Shown piece by piece: positions 11,129-22,076 of a DNA stretch of 64,000 bases. The first letter of the stretch is position 1. Each line of letters starts with the position of its first letter. Under the pieces are notes generated by a model. The model did not search any database. It was given only the letters and a program-made list of their open reading frames with translations, and was not told where the DNA came from. Source of the DNA: an uncultured Acidobacteriota bacterium (lineage in GTDB: Bacteria; Acidobacteriota; Blastocatellia; RBC074); the NCBI GenBank assembly GCA_963813345.1, contig CAWEYR010000014.1, forward strand, positions 66,874-130,873. The letters are read 5' to 3'. The position numbers were made by a program, and so were the translations under genes.

Positions 11129-11521
11129 GTGTTCAAAACGTTGCGTGCAGGCTTCTTGCTGGTTCTGGCTCTCTGCCAGATAGCTCCGGCCGTCGCCCTG
11201 ATGCAGCCGCCGGCGGTGACCTGCGGAATGGAGTGTTGCCTCGAGAGCGGCGTCGAATGCTGCGTCGTTCAGCATCGCGACGGTGTTGATTCCCACGAAA
11301 GCAAAGTCTCCGCAACCAGAATTACTTCGCCCTGTCCTTCCAACTGTGCCCTCATATCGGCAGGATTTCAGCGTGTCGCTCTTAACTCCGGGCCTCGCGC
11401 CGTGTCGCTCTCTTATGTTGCAACGGCCCTCGTAATTGCTGATCAATTCCCCGGCTTTGAGCGAGATCCTCTGATCATTGGCTCCGTCGCACCTCGCAGC
11501 CCTCCATATAGTCTTTGCTGA
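11129..11521 (+). CDS. Hypothetical small secreted cysteine-rich protein
   Basis: 130-aa ORF with a GTG start, a signal-peptide-like N-terminus (FLLVLALCQIAPAVA) and a CGMECCLESGVECC cluster. Third-position G+C looks coding-like. An antisense ORF (11102..11446) competes with it. Confidence 0.35.
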   Translation: MFKTLRAGFLLVLALCQIAPAVALMQPPAVTCGMECCLESGVECCVVQHRDGVDSHESKVSATRITSPCPSNCALISAGFQRVALNSGPRAVSLSYVATALVIADQFPGFERDPLIIGSVAPRSPPYSLC

Positions 11522-14360
11522 AAATTCGATACGTCAATTGGACAAAGCAGATCTGCGGTGGAACCAGCGGGGTGGTGCGGTGTTCCGTGTACGTTGGGTT
11601 GTCGATAGCTGTTTACTTGTGCGTCTTTGGCTTTCCGTCTTTTGCACAGTCCGTCAGTTCCGCAAACTTGACAGGACTCGTACAGGACGGAAGCGGTAGT
11701 GTCATAGCAGCAGTTCGCATGACGGCGATCAATCTTGAGAAGAACCAGCAGTGGTTTACTACAACCGATTCTCAGGGGCGCTATCATTTTCTTTATGTTC
11801 CGGTGGGGCGTTATCAGCTTCGTGCCGAAAAGGATGGGTTCCAACCTGTAGAGCACAAGATCACGCTTACAATCGGACAGTCGCTCGAAGTGCCAATCCG
11901 TCTCATCGTTCGAGGCATAACGGAACAGGTGAACGTGACCGGTGAATTGCCGCTTCTTGAGTCAACCAGATCAGAGCTTGCCGAAACCATCCTTACACGC
12001 GAAGTTGATAGCCTTCCGCTCAACGGTCGAAACTATCTCGATCTTGCGGCTTTGACTCCGGGTGTCTCGCGTGGGAATCCGGTAGGGAATCAACGCTTCG
12101 CTGAAACGTCTGCAGTGCCAGGTACGCAGATATCCGTAGCTGGTCAACGAAACATCAACAACGGTTTCATAATCGATGGGCTTTCGGGAAATGATGATGC
12201 CGCTGATTTGCCGGGAACTTTCTTCAGCCAGGAGGTCATAAGGGAGTTTCAGGTCATTCCTTCCGGAGGCGTCGCCGAATTCGGCCGTGCGTCAAGTGGT
12301 ATTGTCAACGTCGTTACGCAATCGGGAGGCAACGCCTGGCACGGTCGTTTCTATGGCTTCCTGCGCAATCAAAGGGTGGATGCGCGGAACCCGCTCGCGC
12401 AAACGAAAGACCCGCTAACACAGGCTCAGTACGGGGCGACCGCCGGTGGGCCAATTATTCCCGGAAAGACATTCGTTTTCGGCAATTTTGAACAGACACG
12501 ACTGAACAACTCGGCAGTAGTCACAATCCAGCCGGCCAACGTAATAGCCATCAACAATGTTCTCGATCAAATCGGTTTGTCGAGTGCGCGTATTGCGACA
12601 GGTATTGTCCCAACCGGATATGACTCGACCAACGTTCTTTTAAAGGTTGATCATCGATTGAATGATGCGAACATGCTGGCTGCGCGTTATAGCTTCTATG
12701 ACATAGACAGCTTCAATGCGCGTAGCGTTGGCGGGTTGAATGCCGAGACTCGCGGAACTGCGCTTGTGAATCGTGACCAGACGGTGGCTTTGAGCGGGCT
12801 GACAACATTCTCGAGTCGGACGGCAAATGAACTCAGGCTGCAGTTCACGCGAAGCCGGCTTGGAGCACCTCCCAACGATTTGGTTGGCCCGGCAATCAAT
12901 ATTGCCGGGATCGCGAATCTGGGCACGTCGACTACATCGCCAACCCGGCGCGACATAGACCTCTTCGAGATCGTTGACAACATCACACTGTTGAAGGGTG
13001 ACCACTCGATCAAAGTGGGCATCGATTTTCTCTACAACAGGATCAACATAGGATTTCCTGGTGCGCTCCAGGGCGCGTATAACTTTTCGTCGATCGCCAA
13101 TTTCCGTTCGGGCACATACACACAGTTTCAGCAGGCGTTCGGCGATCCAATTCAATTTCAATCGAACCCCAATCTCGGCATTTTTGTTCAGGATCAATGG
13201 CGAGTAAACCGGACAGTGACTGTCAATGCCGGGCTCCGTTACGACTTGCAATGGCTGCCTGATCCGATTGGAACGGACGCGAACAATGTGGCGCCGCGGC
13301 TGGGGATAGCATGGGCGCCGAACGGCGGGAGTCTTGTAGTTCGAGCAAACTACGGAATCTATTTCGAGCGTATTCCGTTGAGAGCGACATCGAATGCGCT
13401 TCAACGTGATGGATCGAAGTACCGCGTGGCGCTTTTCACATTTGGCCAGACGGGTGCACCGACATTCCCGCAGGTTGCAAGCTCGTATCCGCAAGGATTT
13501 CTGCCGAGTGTAACGACGATTGATCCTTCGATCGACAACGCATACTCGCAACAAGCCAGCCTGCAGCTGGAAAAGAGTTTGACTTCGAACACGACATTGT
13601 CAGCGGGTTACCTGTATACCCGCGGACTGCACTTGATACTGCAGCGTAATGTGAACGTCCCAAGGTTTCCCGCATCGGCAGGCGTTCCAAACCTTGGCCG
13701 GCCAAACCCGAACTACGCAAATATCACTCGCTACGAGAGCTCAGGTGATTCGTATTATCACGGAATGGCAGTCTCGCTGAGCCGTCGATTCAGCCAGTGG
13801 TTTGGCGCACGACTCTCCTATACTCTTTCAAAAGCGATCGACAATACGGGCAATGCTTTTTTCTTTCACGCCGCAGGATAACTTCAATCTCCGAGATGAC
13901 CGTGGGCTGGGAGATAATGACCAGCGGCATTTGCTCGCTGTGAGCGGTACGCTTGAAGCCGCTTTCGCGGATGACGAAAACATCTGGAAGCGAATACTTT
14001 CCGGATTCCAGGCGAGTTATGTCTTTCGATATGGTTCTGCCCTGCCATTCAATATCGTGACGGGAACTGATCGGAACAACGATACGAACGTCAACGATCG
14101 CCCCGTAGGCGTTGGACAGAAACACCGGGCGAGGATTCGACTTTGCGGCGCTCGACTTGCGCCTCAGTCGACAAATCCGCTTGAGCGAGAGATTCAGGTT
14201 GGATGTCATCGCCGAAGCATTCAACATATTCAACCGAGCTAATTACCAGATCCCGAATAACACGTTTGGACCCGGCACTGTTCCTCCGCCCGCGTTTGGC
14301 CGGCCAACAGCTGCCGCTGATCCAAGACAGATCCAATTTGGTCTGAGGATCGTCTATTGA
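11515..14360 (+). CDS. TonB-dependent receptor with N-terminal carboxypeptidase-regulatory-like domain (Oar-like). Two frame breaks (13857-13866 and about 14108-14116).
   Basis: ORF 11515..13881 has a signal peptide plus the DGSGSVIAAV...GRYQLRAEKDGF CarboxypepD_reg pattern. It continues in ORFs 13802..14242 and 14112..14360, which end in the outer-membrane-barrel-type terminus QFGLRIVY. The first break sits in a T6 run (13857-13862). The start may be the GTG at 11572. Confidence 0.85.
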
Positions 14361-14406
14361 AGCAGTAGTGAAATAGTAGTGAACCAGTAAAGAGACCCAA
14401 TCGGAG

Positions 14407-15642
14407 GTGATGCCAGTGTTTCTCATTCTGCCTTGCTTGCTTGCCTTGAATTTCTTGACTGCCGGAGTGATGACCGAGCCGCGAGCTACGAATCTCAAGA
14501 TTGCGGAATTGGTTAATCCGGCGGGTCCTGGCAGTCTGCAGCCCAATCTGACGCGTGCATCAAGAGGACGTCTCGTACTGAGCTGGCTTGAGCCTCAGCA
14601 GGGCAAGGCAGGAAGTTACGCTCTTCGGTTTGCGGTCCTCGACGGAAAGGCATGGTCCCGTATTTATGACGTGGCCGCATCAAGACCATTCAAGACGAGT
14701 CCCTCGGTGCCACCTGCGGTCACGTTTTTGTCCGATGTTGTCGCTGTCGCGTATTGGGCTCAGGGACGTCCGTCGTCGAGCCACTCGAGTACGGGAGGTC
14801 ATAAGCATGTTGAGGATGTTTATGTAACTGTGTCGAATGATGGCGGCAGAACATGGAGCAAACCCGTCATTCCACATAGCGATCGCAGTGAGTCTGAGCA
14901 CAGCTTCGCATCGCTCGTTCCCACCGGAGATCAGACAGCCGAGTTGATATGGCTTGACGGGCGAAAGCGTGGCCAGCAGATGCTGATCGGCGCGACAATC
15001 AAAGCGGACGGTTCGGTCGGTAGCGAAGTGATACTGGATGACGATGTGTGCGCGTGCTGCCCGACAGCGATCGTGCAGACGGCACTAGGTCCGGTCGCGG
15101 CGTATCGAAATCATGAACCTGATGACACGCGCGATATCTCAGTGTTGCGATTGAGAGAGGGGCGTTGGTCGACCTCGAGCCCGCTGTGCCGCGATGGCTG
15201 GAAGATTGCGGGATGTCCCATCAATGGCGTCGATTTAGCAGCAGAGGGAAATGTGGTGGCTGCTGCGTGGTACACGGCGGCAAATAATGCCCAGGAGGTC
15301 CGGGCGGCATTTTCATCGAACGCCGGTGAAACATTCTCATCTCCGCTGAAAATCAACGAAGGTCGAGCAGTCGGACGGTCTTCGATAGCGTTGCTCGACA
15401 ACGAATCGGCCATTGTGCTCTGGGTAGAGGGGGTCGTTGATCGAGATGAGGCGAAATCGTCGACTCAATTGTTATCACGGCGCGTGTCTTCGCAGGGAGT
15501 CAAAGAGTCGCCGGTCGTAATCACGCGGACAGCTCGCGGGTTGGGTTATCCAAGGATAGAGAGTTCAGGTGGTCAGGTTCTTATAGCGTGGACGGATAAG
15601 TCACAGGCGCGGTCGGTAGTGACTGCTCTCGCTGGGGAGTAG
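14407..15642 (+). CDS. BNR/Asp-box repeat (sialidase-like beta-propeller) secreted protein
   Basis: 411-aa ORF with a signal peptide, the Asp-box SNDGGRTWS and a degenerate second box SSNAGETFS. Confidence 0.7.
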   Translation: MMPVFLILPCLLALNFLTAGVMTEPRATNLKIAELVNPAGPGSLQPNLTRASRGRLVLSWLEPQQGKAGSYALRFAVLDGKAWSRIYDVAASRPFKTSPSVPPAVTFLSDVVAVAYWAQGRPSSSHSSTGGHKHVEDVYVTVSNDGGRTWSKPVIPHSDRSESEHSFASLVPTGDQTAELIWLDGRKRGQQMLIGATIKADGSVGSEVILDDDVCACCPTAIVQTALGPVAAYRNHEPDDTRDISVLRLREGRWSTSSPLCRDGWKIAGCPINGVDLAAEGNVVAAAWYTAANNAQEVRAAFSSNAGETFSSPLKINEGRAVGRSSIALLDNESAIVLWVEGVVDRDEAKSSTQLLSRRVSSQGVKESPVVITRTARGLGYPRIESSGGQVLIAWTDKSQARSVVTALAGE

Positions 15643-15661
15643 GACAGAGGGTGTCGCCACG

Positions 15662-15812
15662 CCCTGGGAGCGCCGGTCTCCGACCGGCCCCGAGCCGCGA
15701 AGCGCGCGAGTAGTGGAGAGTCCTTGTGCTGAATCCTCGCACGCTTCGCGGCTCGGGGCCGGTCGGAGACCGGCGCTCCCAGGGCGGCGCTCCCGGGCGG
15801 CGCTCCCAGGGG
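15662..15812. repeat. Palindromic REP-like element (family B)
   Basis: CCTGGGAGCGCCGGTCTCCGACCGGCCCCGAGCCGCGAAGCG and its reverse complement flank a ~35-nt loop. Partial GGCGCTCCC repeats follow. A second locus lies at 34402-34639. Confidence 0.85.
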
Positions 15813-15816
15813 GAAA

Positions 15817-16218
15817 ATGGAAGCTCAGCAGAAGACACTGGACGCCAGACGATCGCTAACCTCGACGGGGCTTGAGCCGAATATTGGTGCGCTGTTGAGC
15901 TATGCGCTGATGGTGCCGCCTATCACGCCGATCATCATGTTGATGATCGAAAAGGATAACCGTTACGTTCGCTTTAATGCCTACCAGAGCCTGCTCCTCG
16001 GCATCTTCACCGTTGGGGGAATCGCTGCACTTGAGATGCTCGCCTTTGCTGCAAGTTCTATAGCTCGCCCACTCGAGATCCTGCTGAACGTCCTTATCTT
16101 CTCAGGGGGCGCAAGCGCCTTCATGCTATGGATATATCTCCTCGCGAAGTCGTTCTATGGCAAGACCGTGAAATTGCCCATCATTGGTGACGAGGCGGCC
16201 CGTCGTGCGTGGAAGTGA
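15817..16218 (+). CDS. DUF4870-like small membrane protein
   Basis: 133-aa ORF with three hydrophobic helices and the KDNRYVRFNAYQSL motif typical of this family (recognised by eye). Confidence 0.6.
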   Translation: MEAQQKTLDARRSLTSTGLEPNIGALLSYALMVPPITPIIMLMIEKDNRYVRFNAYQSLLLGIFTVGGIAALEMLAFAASSIARPLEILLNVLIFSGGASAFMLWIYLLAKSFYGKTVKLPIIGDEAARRAWK

Positions 16219-16773
16219 GCCCGCCAAGCGGCAGACGCGAGAGAACTGTATATCTTGAGCCGGAGCGGCCGAGCTCACTTTGGACAACCAAAAGCTCGTC
16301 AACTACAAAGTCTCTGTCCTGGAATATGTAATCGACGCATGTCGAAAGCATGGCTTCGATTGCTTCAGTCGACTTTATTCGCCCTAAAGTGAGGTGAGGG
16401 CGCAACGGCTTTGAATCGGGCGCGAATCCTTTCATCGCAAGATAGTCATTCAGTCGCGTGGCAAGCGAAACCAGACTGTTCGTTTCTCCTTTAAGTCCTA
16501 CCCAGAGCACTCTGGGTTGCTTTCTATTGGGAAAAACGCCGATTGCATCGAGACGCAGAGAGAATGGGCTGTGCCTTTCGTTGCCCGCTGGCAGGTTTCG
16601 ATCACGGTATCGAGTGACTTGTCATCTATCTCGCCCAGAAACTTCAGTGTCAGGTGAATATTGGCGGGAAGAGTCCAGGTAATACGCGCATTGGATGCGC
16701 GAAGCAGGTTTTGAAGGTCAGCCAGCTCGTTTTGAATGGTGGACGGGATTGTATGAGCAATGAAGACTCTCAT
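16181..16773 (-). CDS. thpR: RNA 2',3'-cyclic phosphodiesterase (2H family, ThpR/LigT). Frame broken around 16510-16580.
   Basis: ORF 16498..16773 carries the first HxTx motif (HLTLKFLGE). The frame of ORF 16181..16510 carries the second (PHLTLGRIK). That frame reads PFSLRLDAIGVFPNRKQPRVLWVGL upstream of its annotated start. Confidence 0.8.
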
Positions 16774-16788
16774 GTGTCAGGCCTGCAA

Positions 16789-16818
16789 AGATTCCGCCTG
16801 AAGGCGGTACAACGTACC
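16789..16818. repeat. REP-like hairpin unit (family A, CCGCCTGAAGGCGG core)
   Basis: AGATTCCGCCTGAAGGCGGTACAACGTACC. The same ~30-nt unit occurs at 32238-32306 (pair), 41442-41470, 43334-43397 (pair), 58754-58782 and 59896-59922. Confidence 0.75.
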
Positions 16819-16835
16819 TGAGTTATAATCGAAAA

Positions 16836-18908
16836 ATGGAACGCAGAATTGTTCGTGGCGCTTGCCCTCACGATTGCCCGGATACGTGCGCACTGCTTGT
16901 TACGGTAGAACGCGGTGAAGCGACTAAAGTTGCTGGTGCTGCCGATCATCCTACAACGGATGGATTTCTTTGCACGAAGGTAAATCGATATCTCGAACGA
17001 ACTTATAGCCCTCAGCGAATCCTCTTTCCTATGAAGCGGGTCGGTCCGAAGGGCAAGGCTATGTTCGCTCGGATTTCGTGGGATGAAGCACTCGACACAA
17101 TTGCGAACCGGTTCCGCGATATCGCCGAATCTGCAGATGGCCCGCAGGCGATCGTGCCGTATAGCTACGCAGGAACGATGGGTCTCGTACAAAGCAGTTC
17201 GATGGACCGGCGTTTCTTCCATCGGCTTGGTGCATCGCTGCTCGACCGCACGATCTGTGCTTCGGCCGGAGCAGCCGGCTACAAGGCGACGATTGGCGCA
17301 TCGGTTGGGACGGATCCTGAGGCCTTTGATGATGCGAAGTTGATTCTCATCTGGGGTTCGAATCCGATCACTTCGAATGTGCATCTGTGGCCGAAGATGC
17401 TCGAAGCGAGACGCAAGGGAGCAAAGCTCGTAGCCATCGACCCGTTTAGAAGCCTGACAGCTGAAAAATGCGATCAACATCTAGCGCTTCGGCCAGGGAC
17501 CGACGGTGCACTCGCGCTTGGAATCATGCACGTGCTTATCGATGAAGGCTTGATTGACCGCGACTACATCGAGCGTTACACGATTGGCTTCGATCAGCTC
17601 AAGGAGCGAGTCCGCGAGTATCACCCTGAGCACGTGGCTTCGATTACTGGACTTGATCGGGAATCAGTGGTGGCCCTCGCTCGCCAGTACGGTCAAACGA
17701 GACCATCAGTAATAAGGCTAAATTACGGGATGCAACGGCATGCCGGTGGCGGAATGGCAGTCAGAGTGATTGCGTGCCTGCCGGCTTTGACTGGCGACTG
17801 GAGGCACGCAGCCGGTGGCGTGCTTCTCTCGAGCTCCGGGACCTTCCCGATAAACACTCACGCGCTGGAGCGCCCGGATCTTATCTGGAACAAGCCGAGA
17901 ACAATCAACATGTCGACGATCGGCGACGCTCTGCTGAACGAAACGCCTCCGATTCGCGCTCTTTATGTTTACAATTCGAATCCGGTTGCAGTCGCACCTG
18001 AATCTCCAAAGGTGATCGCGGGATTTTCGCGCGAGGATCTTTTCACTGTAGTCCACGAGATATTTCCGACCGACACGGCAGACTACGCCGACATTCTCTT
18101 GCCGGCAACAACGCAGCTCGAGCAGTTCGATATACACAAGGCTTACGGCCACCTCTATTTACTGATCAACAATCCGGCCATCGATCCTTTGGGTGAATCC
18201 AAACCGAACAGCGAGGTGTTTCGGCTGCTTGCCGCACGTCTGGGTTTTGAAGAAGAGTGTTTCCGTGATTCCGATGAGGAGATAGCGAGACAGGCGATAA
18301 CGAGCAGCCATAAATGGATGCCGGACGTTTCGTTGGAAGACTTGAAGGAGCGCGGATGGGTGCGTCTCAATGTTGGTGAGCGGTTTGCGCCATTCGAGTA
18401 CGGAAATTTTCTGACACCGTCTGGCAAATGCGAATTCTATAGTGAGACGCTATTGAAACAGGGTATGGACCCGCTCCCTTCCTACATTGCTCCCCGTGAG
18501 TCAAAGGAGAGTGCGCCAGAGCTCGCAGCGCGCTACCCGCTCGCTTTCCTTTCTCCACCTGCGCACAACTTTCTCAACTCGAGTTTCGCTAACCTGCCGT
18601 CATTTCTGCACGCCGAGAAGGAACCATTTCTTCTGATACACCCTGACGATGCCGTGGAGCGTTCGATAGTTGAGGGTGATATGGTGCGCATCTTCAATGA
18701 CAGAGGTTCGTTTACAGCCAAAGCGCGAGTAACAGACAAGTCACGCGAGGGAGTTGTGGTTGCTCCTTCTGTCTGGTGGAGAAAGCTTACAAAGGACCAG
18801 AAGAACGCGAATGAGGTTACTTCACAGAAGTTGACCGACCTCGGTGCCGCCGCTACGTTCTATGACGTCCTGGTCGAGGTGCAACGGAGCGAACGCGGGC
18901 AGGCTTGA
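16836..18908 (+). CDS. Molybdopterin (MGD)-dependent oxidoreductase family protein
   Basis: 690-aa intact ORF. The N-terminal [13 protein letters not shown] is the 4Fe-4S Mo/W-bis-MGD motif. Molybdopterin-binding and C-terminal beta-barrel regions are recognisable. Confidence 0.9.
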   Translation: MERRIVRGACPHDCPDTCALLVTVERGEATKVAGAADHPTTDGFLCTKVNRYLERTYSPQRILFPMKRVGPKGKAMFARISWDEALDTIANRFRDIAESADGPQAIVPYSYAGTMGLVQSSSMDRRFFHRLGASLLDRTICASAGAAGYKATIGASVGTDPEAFDDAKLILIWGSNPITSNVHLWPKMLEARRKGAKLVAIDPFRSLTAEKCDQHLALRPGTDGALALGIMHVLIDEGLIDRDYIERYTIGFDQLKERVREYHPEHVASITGLDRESVVALARQYGQTRPSVIRLNYGMQRHAGGGMAVRVIACLPALTGDWRHAAGGVLLSSSGTFPINTHALERPDLIWNKPRTINMSTIGDALLNETPPIRALYVYNSNPVAVAPESPKVIAGFSREDLFTVVHEIFPTDTADYADILLPATTQLEQFDIHKAYGHLYLLINNPAIDPLGESKPNSEVFRLLAARLGFEEECFRDSDEEIARQAITSSHKWMPDVSLEDLKERGWVRLNVGERFAPFEYGNFLTPSGKCEFYSETLLKQGMDPLPSYIAPRESKESAPELAARYPLAFLSPPAHNFLNSSFANLPSFLHAEKEPFLLIHPDDAVERSIVEGDMVRIFNDRGSFTAKARVTDKSREGVVVAPSVWWRKLTKDQKNANEVTSQKLTDLGAAATFYDVLVEVQRSERGQA

Positions 18909-18909
18909 A

Positions 18910-20736
18910 TTGGCTACGATAACAAAAGCTCCAGTGAGGGTTCGGGCCAGGAGAGAAGGTTCGGCCGCGAGATTGCTCGCGGATCAGGTCTTCTCGCGCG
19001 CAGCAGGTGCGCCTCTTGTTTCTGGTAACGCCGTTCGTCTTCTCCGAGACGGAGAAGGGAACTATACGGCGTGGTGTGATGCGTTCGCTCGAGCAAAGAA
19101 GTCGATCCTTTTCGAAAGCTACATCATTCACGAGGATGAATGTGGCGAACAATTTGCCAGGACCTTTATCGAGTGCGCACGGCGAGGCGTAAAGGTTTAC
19201 ATTCTCTATGACTGGCTCGGCGCTATAGGTAAGACTTCCCTCGGGTACTGGCGGCGCCTTCGCAAGGAAGGTGTCGAGGTCCGCTGTTTCAATCCCTTTC
19301 AGTTCAGCGACCCAATCGGCTCGATAATGCGCGATCATCGCAAGACGGTCGTCGTGGACGGCAAGATAGGATATGTAACCGGACTCTGCATTGGAAAGAT
19401 GTGGCAGGGTGACAAAGAGAGAGCCATCGAGCCGTGGCGCGACACAGGAATCGAAATCGCCGGACCGGCCGTTGCCGACCTGATTCATGCTTTCTCGCGC
19501 GCGTGGGATACGACTGGCGAGGCGTTGCCAGAAAGTGAGCTTGTCACGCGCGATGAGATACCACGAGCAGGTGATGTCGATGTTCGCGTTGTGGCAACAG
19601 AGCCTCAGACGAGCGGTCTCTACAGGCTTGATCAATTGATTGCCGCGGCTGCGCGATCGCGCCTCTGGCTGACCGATGCATACTTTGCTGGCACGCCGGC
19701 GTACGTTCAGGCGCTTATCGCAGCAGCGCAGGACGGCGTTGATGTACGGTTGCTGGTTCCTGGTGCTAGTGACATCCCGGTACTGAGCGGATTGTCGCGC
19801 GTTGGGTATCGTCCGTTGCTTGAGGGTGGTGTTCGCGTTTTCGAATGGAACGGCGCGATGATTCATGCAAAGACAGCGGTTGCCGACGGTACCTGGGCGC
19901 GGGTTGGATCGACGAACCTTAATCTTGCAAGCTGGCTGAGCAATTGGGAGCTCGATGTCGCCGTCGAAAGTGAGCCATTCGCTCGCGAGATGGAAGACAT
20001 GTACATCGATGACCTTTCGCGTTCGACTGAAATTGTTCTCAATGCAAAACACAAAGTAGCTTCCACCGGCCAGAAACGACGACGGGGTGGTCGCGGCTCG
20101 CGGTCAGGAAGTGCGGGAAGAGTGGTGGCAGGTGCGCTCAGTCTCGGCAAGGCCGTAGACGCCGCGATCAGCAAAAAGCGCGAACTCGGTGCCGCAGATG
20201 CCCAGCCCATTACGTTTGTAGCTTTGTTGCTTTTCGTGCTCGCCGCAATCGCGTTCAGATGGCCGCGAGGCATCGCCTACCCTGCCGGCGTAATTGCGGC
20301 CTGGATGGCGCTTGCTCTCTTTCTGCGAGCCGTGCGATTGGATCGACTTGGCCGGCGCAAAGGCGAGCAGGCAATCGCCACAGATAAAAGGTTGAAGAAG
20401 AGGAAGTTCGAGGCATGTCAGAGCCTCATCGAGCTTGACATAGCGAGGTTCGACCATGTTGATTTGCAAGTCGCCAGTCAGCCTGAAGGCGCCGTGCTGG
20501 CAATGCAAAGCGTCGAGTTCAACTCATCAGATGCTACGTTCAAAGCACTGCCACTGAAGGCGCAGCGCAACTGGCGCTCAGGCTCTGCTTCTGACATGAT
20601 TCAGCGTGCCGTTGATTACTCCGCCGAGAAGAATCGAGAGACTTGTAAAATAGAGCCACAGCATCAATACCATGACGCCTCCCAGCACACCGTAGATCGC
20701 ACTGTAATCCGATATTCTTCCCACGTAGAAGCGTAG
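18910..20736 (+). CDS. Phospholipase D / cardiolipin-synthase-like protein with a C-terminal membrane extension
   Basis: Two HKD motifs (HRKTVVVDG and [10 protein letters not shown]...GSTNLN). The reading frame opens at 18844 inside the previous gene; I propose the TTG at 18910 as the start. The last 159 nt overlap the convergent yihY, so the true 3' end is uncertain. Confidence 0.8.
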   Translation: MATITKAPVRVRARREGSAARLLADQVFSRAAGAPLVSGNAVRLLRDGEGNYTAWCDAFARAKKSILFESYIIHEDECGEQFARTFIECARRGVKVYILYDWLGAIGKTSLGYWRRLRKEGVEVRCFNPFQFSDPIGSIMRDHRKTVVVDGKIGYVTGLCIGKMWQGDKERAIEPWRDTGIEIAGPAVADLIHAFSRAWDTTGEALPESELVTRDEIPRAGDVDVRVVATEPQTSGLYRLDQLIAAAARSRLWLTDAYFAGTPAYVQALIAAAQDGVDVRLLVPGASDIPVLSGLSRVGYRPLLEGGVRVFEWNGAMIHAKTAVADGTWARVGSTNLNLASWLSNWELDVAVESEPFAREMEDMYIDDLSRSTEIVLNAKHKVASTGQKRRRGGRGSRSGSAGRVVAGALSLGKAVDAAISKKRELGAADAQPITFVALLLFVLAAIAFRWPRGIAYPAGVIAAWMALALFLRAVRLDRLGRRKGEQAIATDKRLKKRKFEACQSLIELDIARFDHVDLQVASQPEGAVLAMQSVEFNSSDATFKALPLKAQRNWRSGSASDMIQRAVDYSAEKNRETCKIEPQHQYHDASQHTVDRTVIRYSSHVEA

Positions 20737-21453
20737 CGTCAGCGAGATCGCGTACCAGAGCAGAATTGCTATCACTGCACCCGGCGTGACCCACTTCCAC
20801 TTCTGCTCGACATTCGGTGCGAAGTAATAGAGCAGGTCCAATCCAAAGAGCAGGCACGCAGCTGAAATCAGCCATCGAGCGATCGCCCATACGACCTCGA
20901 AAGTCTCACCGAAACCGAATGAGCGCGCAATCTGATTCCCTATCGATCCTCCAAAGAACAACATCGACAGAGCGACGATCGTGAGTCCTCCGAGACACAG
21001 CGTCAGTAGAATCGCCAAAAGCCTTTCTTTCACAAGTCCTCGAGATGAGCGCGCCTCATAAGCGACGTTCAACGAAGTGATGAGCGCTTCCATTCCACTT
21101 GATGCGGCCCAGATAACGATGATCAGGCTGAGACCAAAGAGCTCTCGCGGCCGCGCACCTGCAGACGCCTCGAGCGTTGACTTGACCAGAATAAATGACT
21201 GTGTCGGAAGAACACGCTGGAAATAGCCGAGCAGATCTTCAAACAGATGTGGCAGAGGCTGGATCGAAATGAGGATGGCGATAAAAATCAGCGTCGGAAA
21301 CAAGGCAAAGAGAAAGTAATAGGCGAGCTGAGCCGCGCGCGCAAGAATCTCCCCCGAATAGGCCTTCTCGAGAACGAGATGAGCCACATGACTTGCGCCT
21401 GATGAGACCTCTCCCTCATCGTGCTCGACCGCAGGATTGTCTTGTCCTTCCAT
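20578..21453 (-). CDS. YihY/BrkB-family membrane protein
   Basis: [19 protein letters not shown] signature and multiple TM helices. The ATG at 21453 shares one base with the upstream TGA (minus-strand TGATG). The ORF is open to 21546. Confidence 0.8.
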   Translation of the reverse strand: MEGQDNPAVEHDEGEVSSGASHVAHLVLEKAYSGEILARAAQLAYYFLFALFPTLIFIAILISIQPLPHLFEDLLGYFQRVLPTQSFILVKSTLEASAGARPRELFGLSLIIVIWAASSGMEALITSLNVAYEARSSRGLVKERLLAILLTLCLGGLTIVALSMLFFGGSIGNQIARSFGFGETFEVVWAIARWLISAACLLFGLDLLYYFAPNVEQKWKWVTPGAVIAILLWYAISLTLRFYVGRISDYSAIYGVLGGVMVLMLWLYFTSLSILLGGVINGTLNHVRSRA

Positions 21454-22061
21454 CAGGAGAATTTCTGGTAGAAAGAGGTCCCGCTCTTCGACTGTTTCTC
21501 GTCCTTGCCTTCTCCAGCCGTGTTTGGAGTGTAGTCGCCTGAGCACTGTTCAAGCAGTTTTGCCAGATTAATGATGTTGATGATGTCGGCTGCCGCGCGT
21601 CCTGCGTCCTCGGTATCAAAGACTTTCGTGTTCTTATGAACGGGATTGTGCGCGAAGTCGTAGATCAGACGGGAAAGCCATCCAATGAACTTATCAAATT
21701 GAAGTGGTGTGCTGATCCTGGATTCGAGCTGAATCGGCGGTCCGCCCGGTTCCCCAAGGACCATCAACCCACGAAGGCTTCGCGCTCTTTTCTGGATTGC
21801 TTTCGTGTCTTTCGACAGGCGTCCTTTAGAGAGGGCACCGCTCCGATGGTCTCTCAAAAGATTTATGCCGAGAAGTTGTAGTTCGCGGAAGTTTTCGTTG
21901 AATGATTCCTTTGCGGCGCGGCGCTCACGTTCCTGAGCATCTGCCTTACGGTTCTGCAGCGTGAGCGGGTGTGCCATAGCTGAAAGCCCGCAGGCAAGAG
22001 AGAGGCCCCCGGCAAACATCGTTCGCAGGAAACGCTGGAAATGAACGGCTGGTACGTCCAT
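21453..22061 (-). CDS. Hypothetical secreted protein
   Basis: 202-aa ORF with a signal-like N-terminus, stop/start-coupled to yihY. No family recognised. Confidence 0.55.
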   Translation of the reverse strand: MDVPAVHFQRFLRTMFAGGLSLACGLSAMAHPLTLQNRKADAQERERRAAKESFNENFRELQLLGINLLRDHRSGALSKGRLSKDTKAIQKRARSLRGLMVLGEPGGPPIQLESRISTPLQFDKFIGWLSRLIYDFAHNPVHKNTKVFDTEDAGRAAADIINIINLAKLLEQCSGDYTPNTAGEGKDEKQSKSGTSFYQKFS

Positions 22062-22076
22062 TCTCGCTCGTAGAAC

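Noticed and set aside
15662-15812. Possible CRISPR array or riboswitch suggested by repeated GC-rich blocks (also at 34402-34639).
   Set aside because: The repeats are inverted rather than direct and have no unique spacers of regular length. No cas genes are present. They fit REP-type palindromes instead.
16181-16218. 38-nt convergent overlap between the DUF4870-like gene and thpR as a regulatory antisense arrangement.
   Set aside because: Short convergent overlaps are common. Given the indel errors nearby, the exact stops are uncertain, and there is no structural signal.
16770-17480. 236-aa minus-strand ORF opposite the molybdopterin oxidoreductase. Similar long antisense ORFs: 12640..13554, 18853..20052, 29701..31116, 48602..49414, 4405..4899, 35400..36558 and others.
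   Set aside because: Each lies fully antisense to a gene with strong family motifs. Their products are Arg/Ser/Cys-rich without recognisable domains. Such shadow ORFs are expected in GC-rich DNA.
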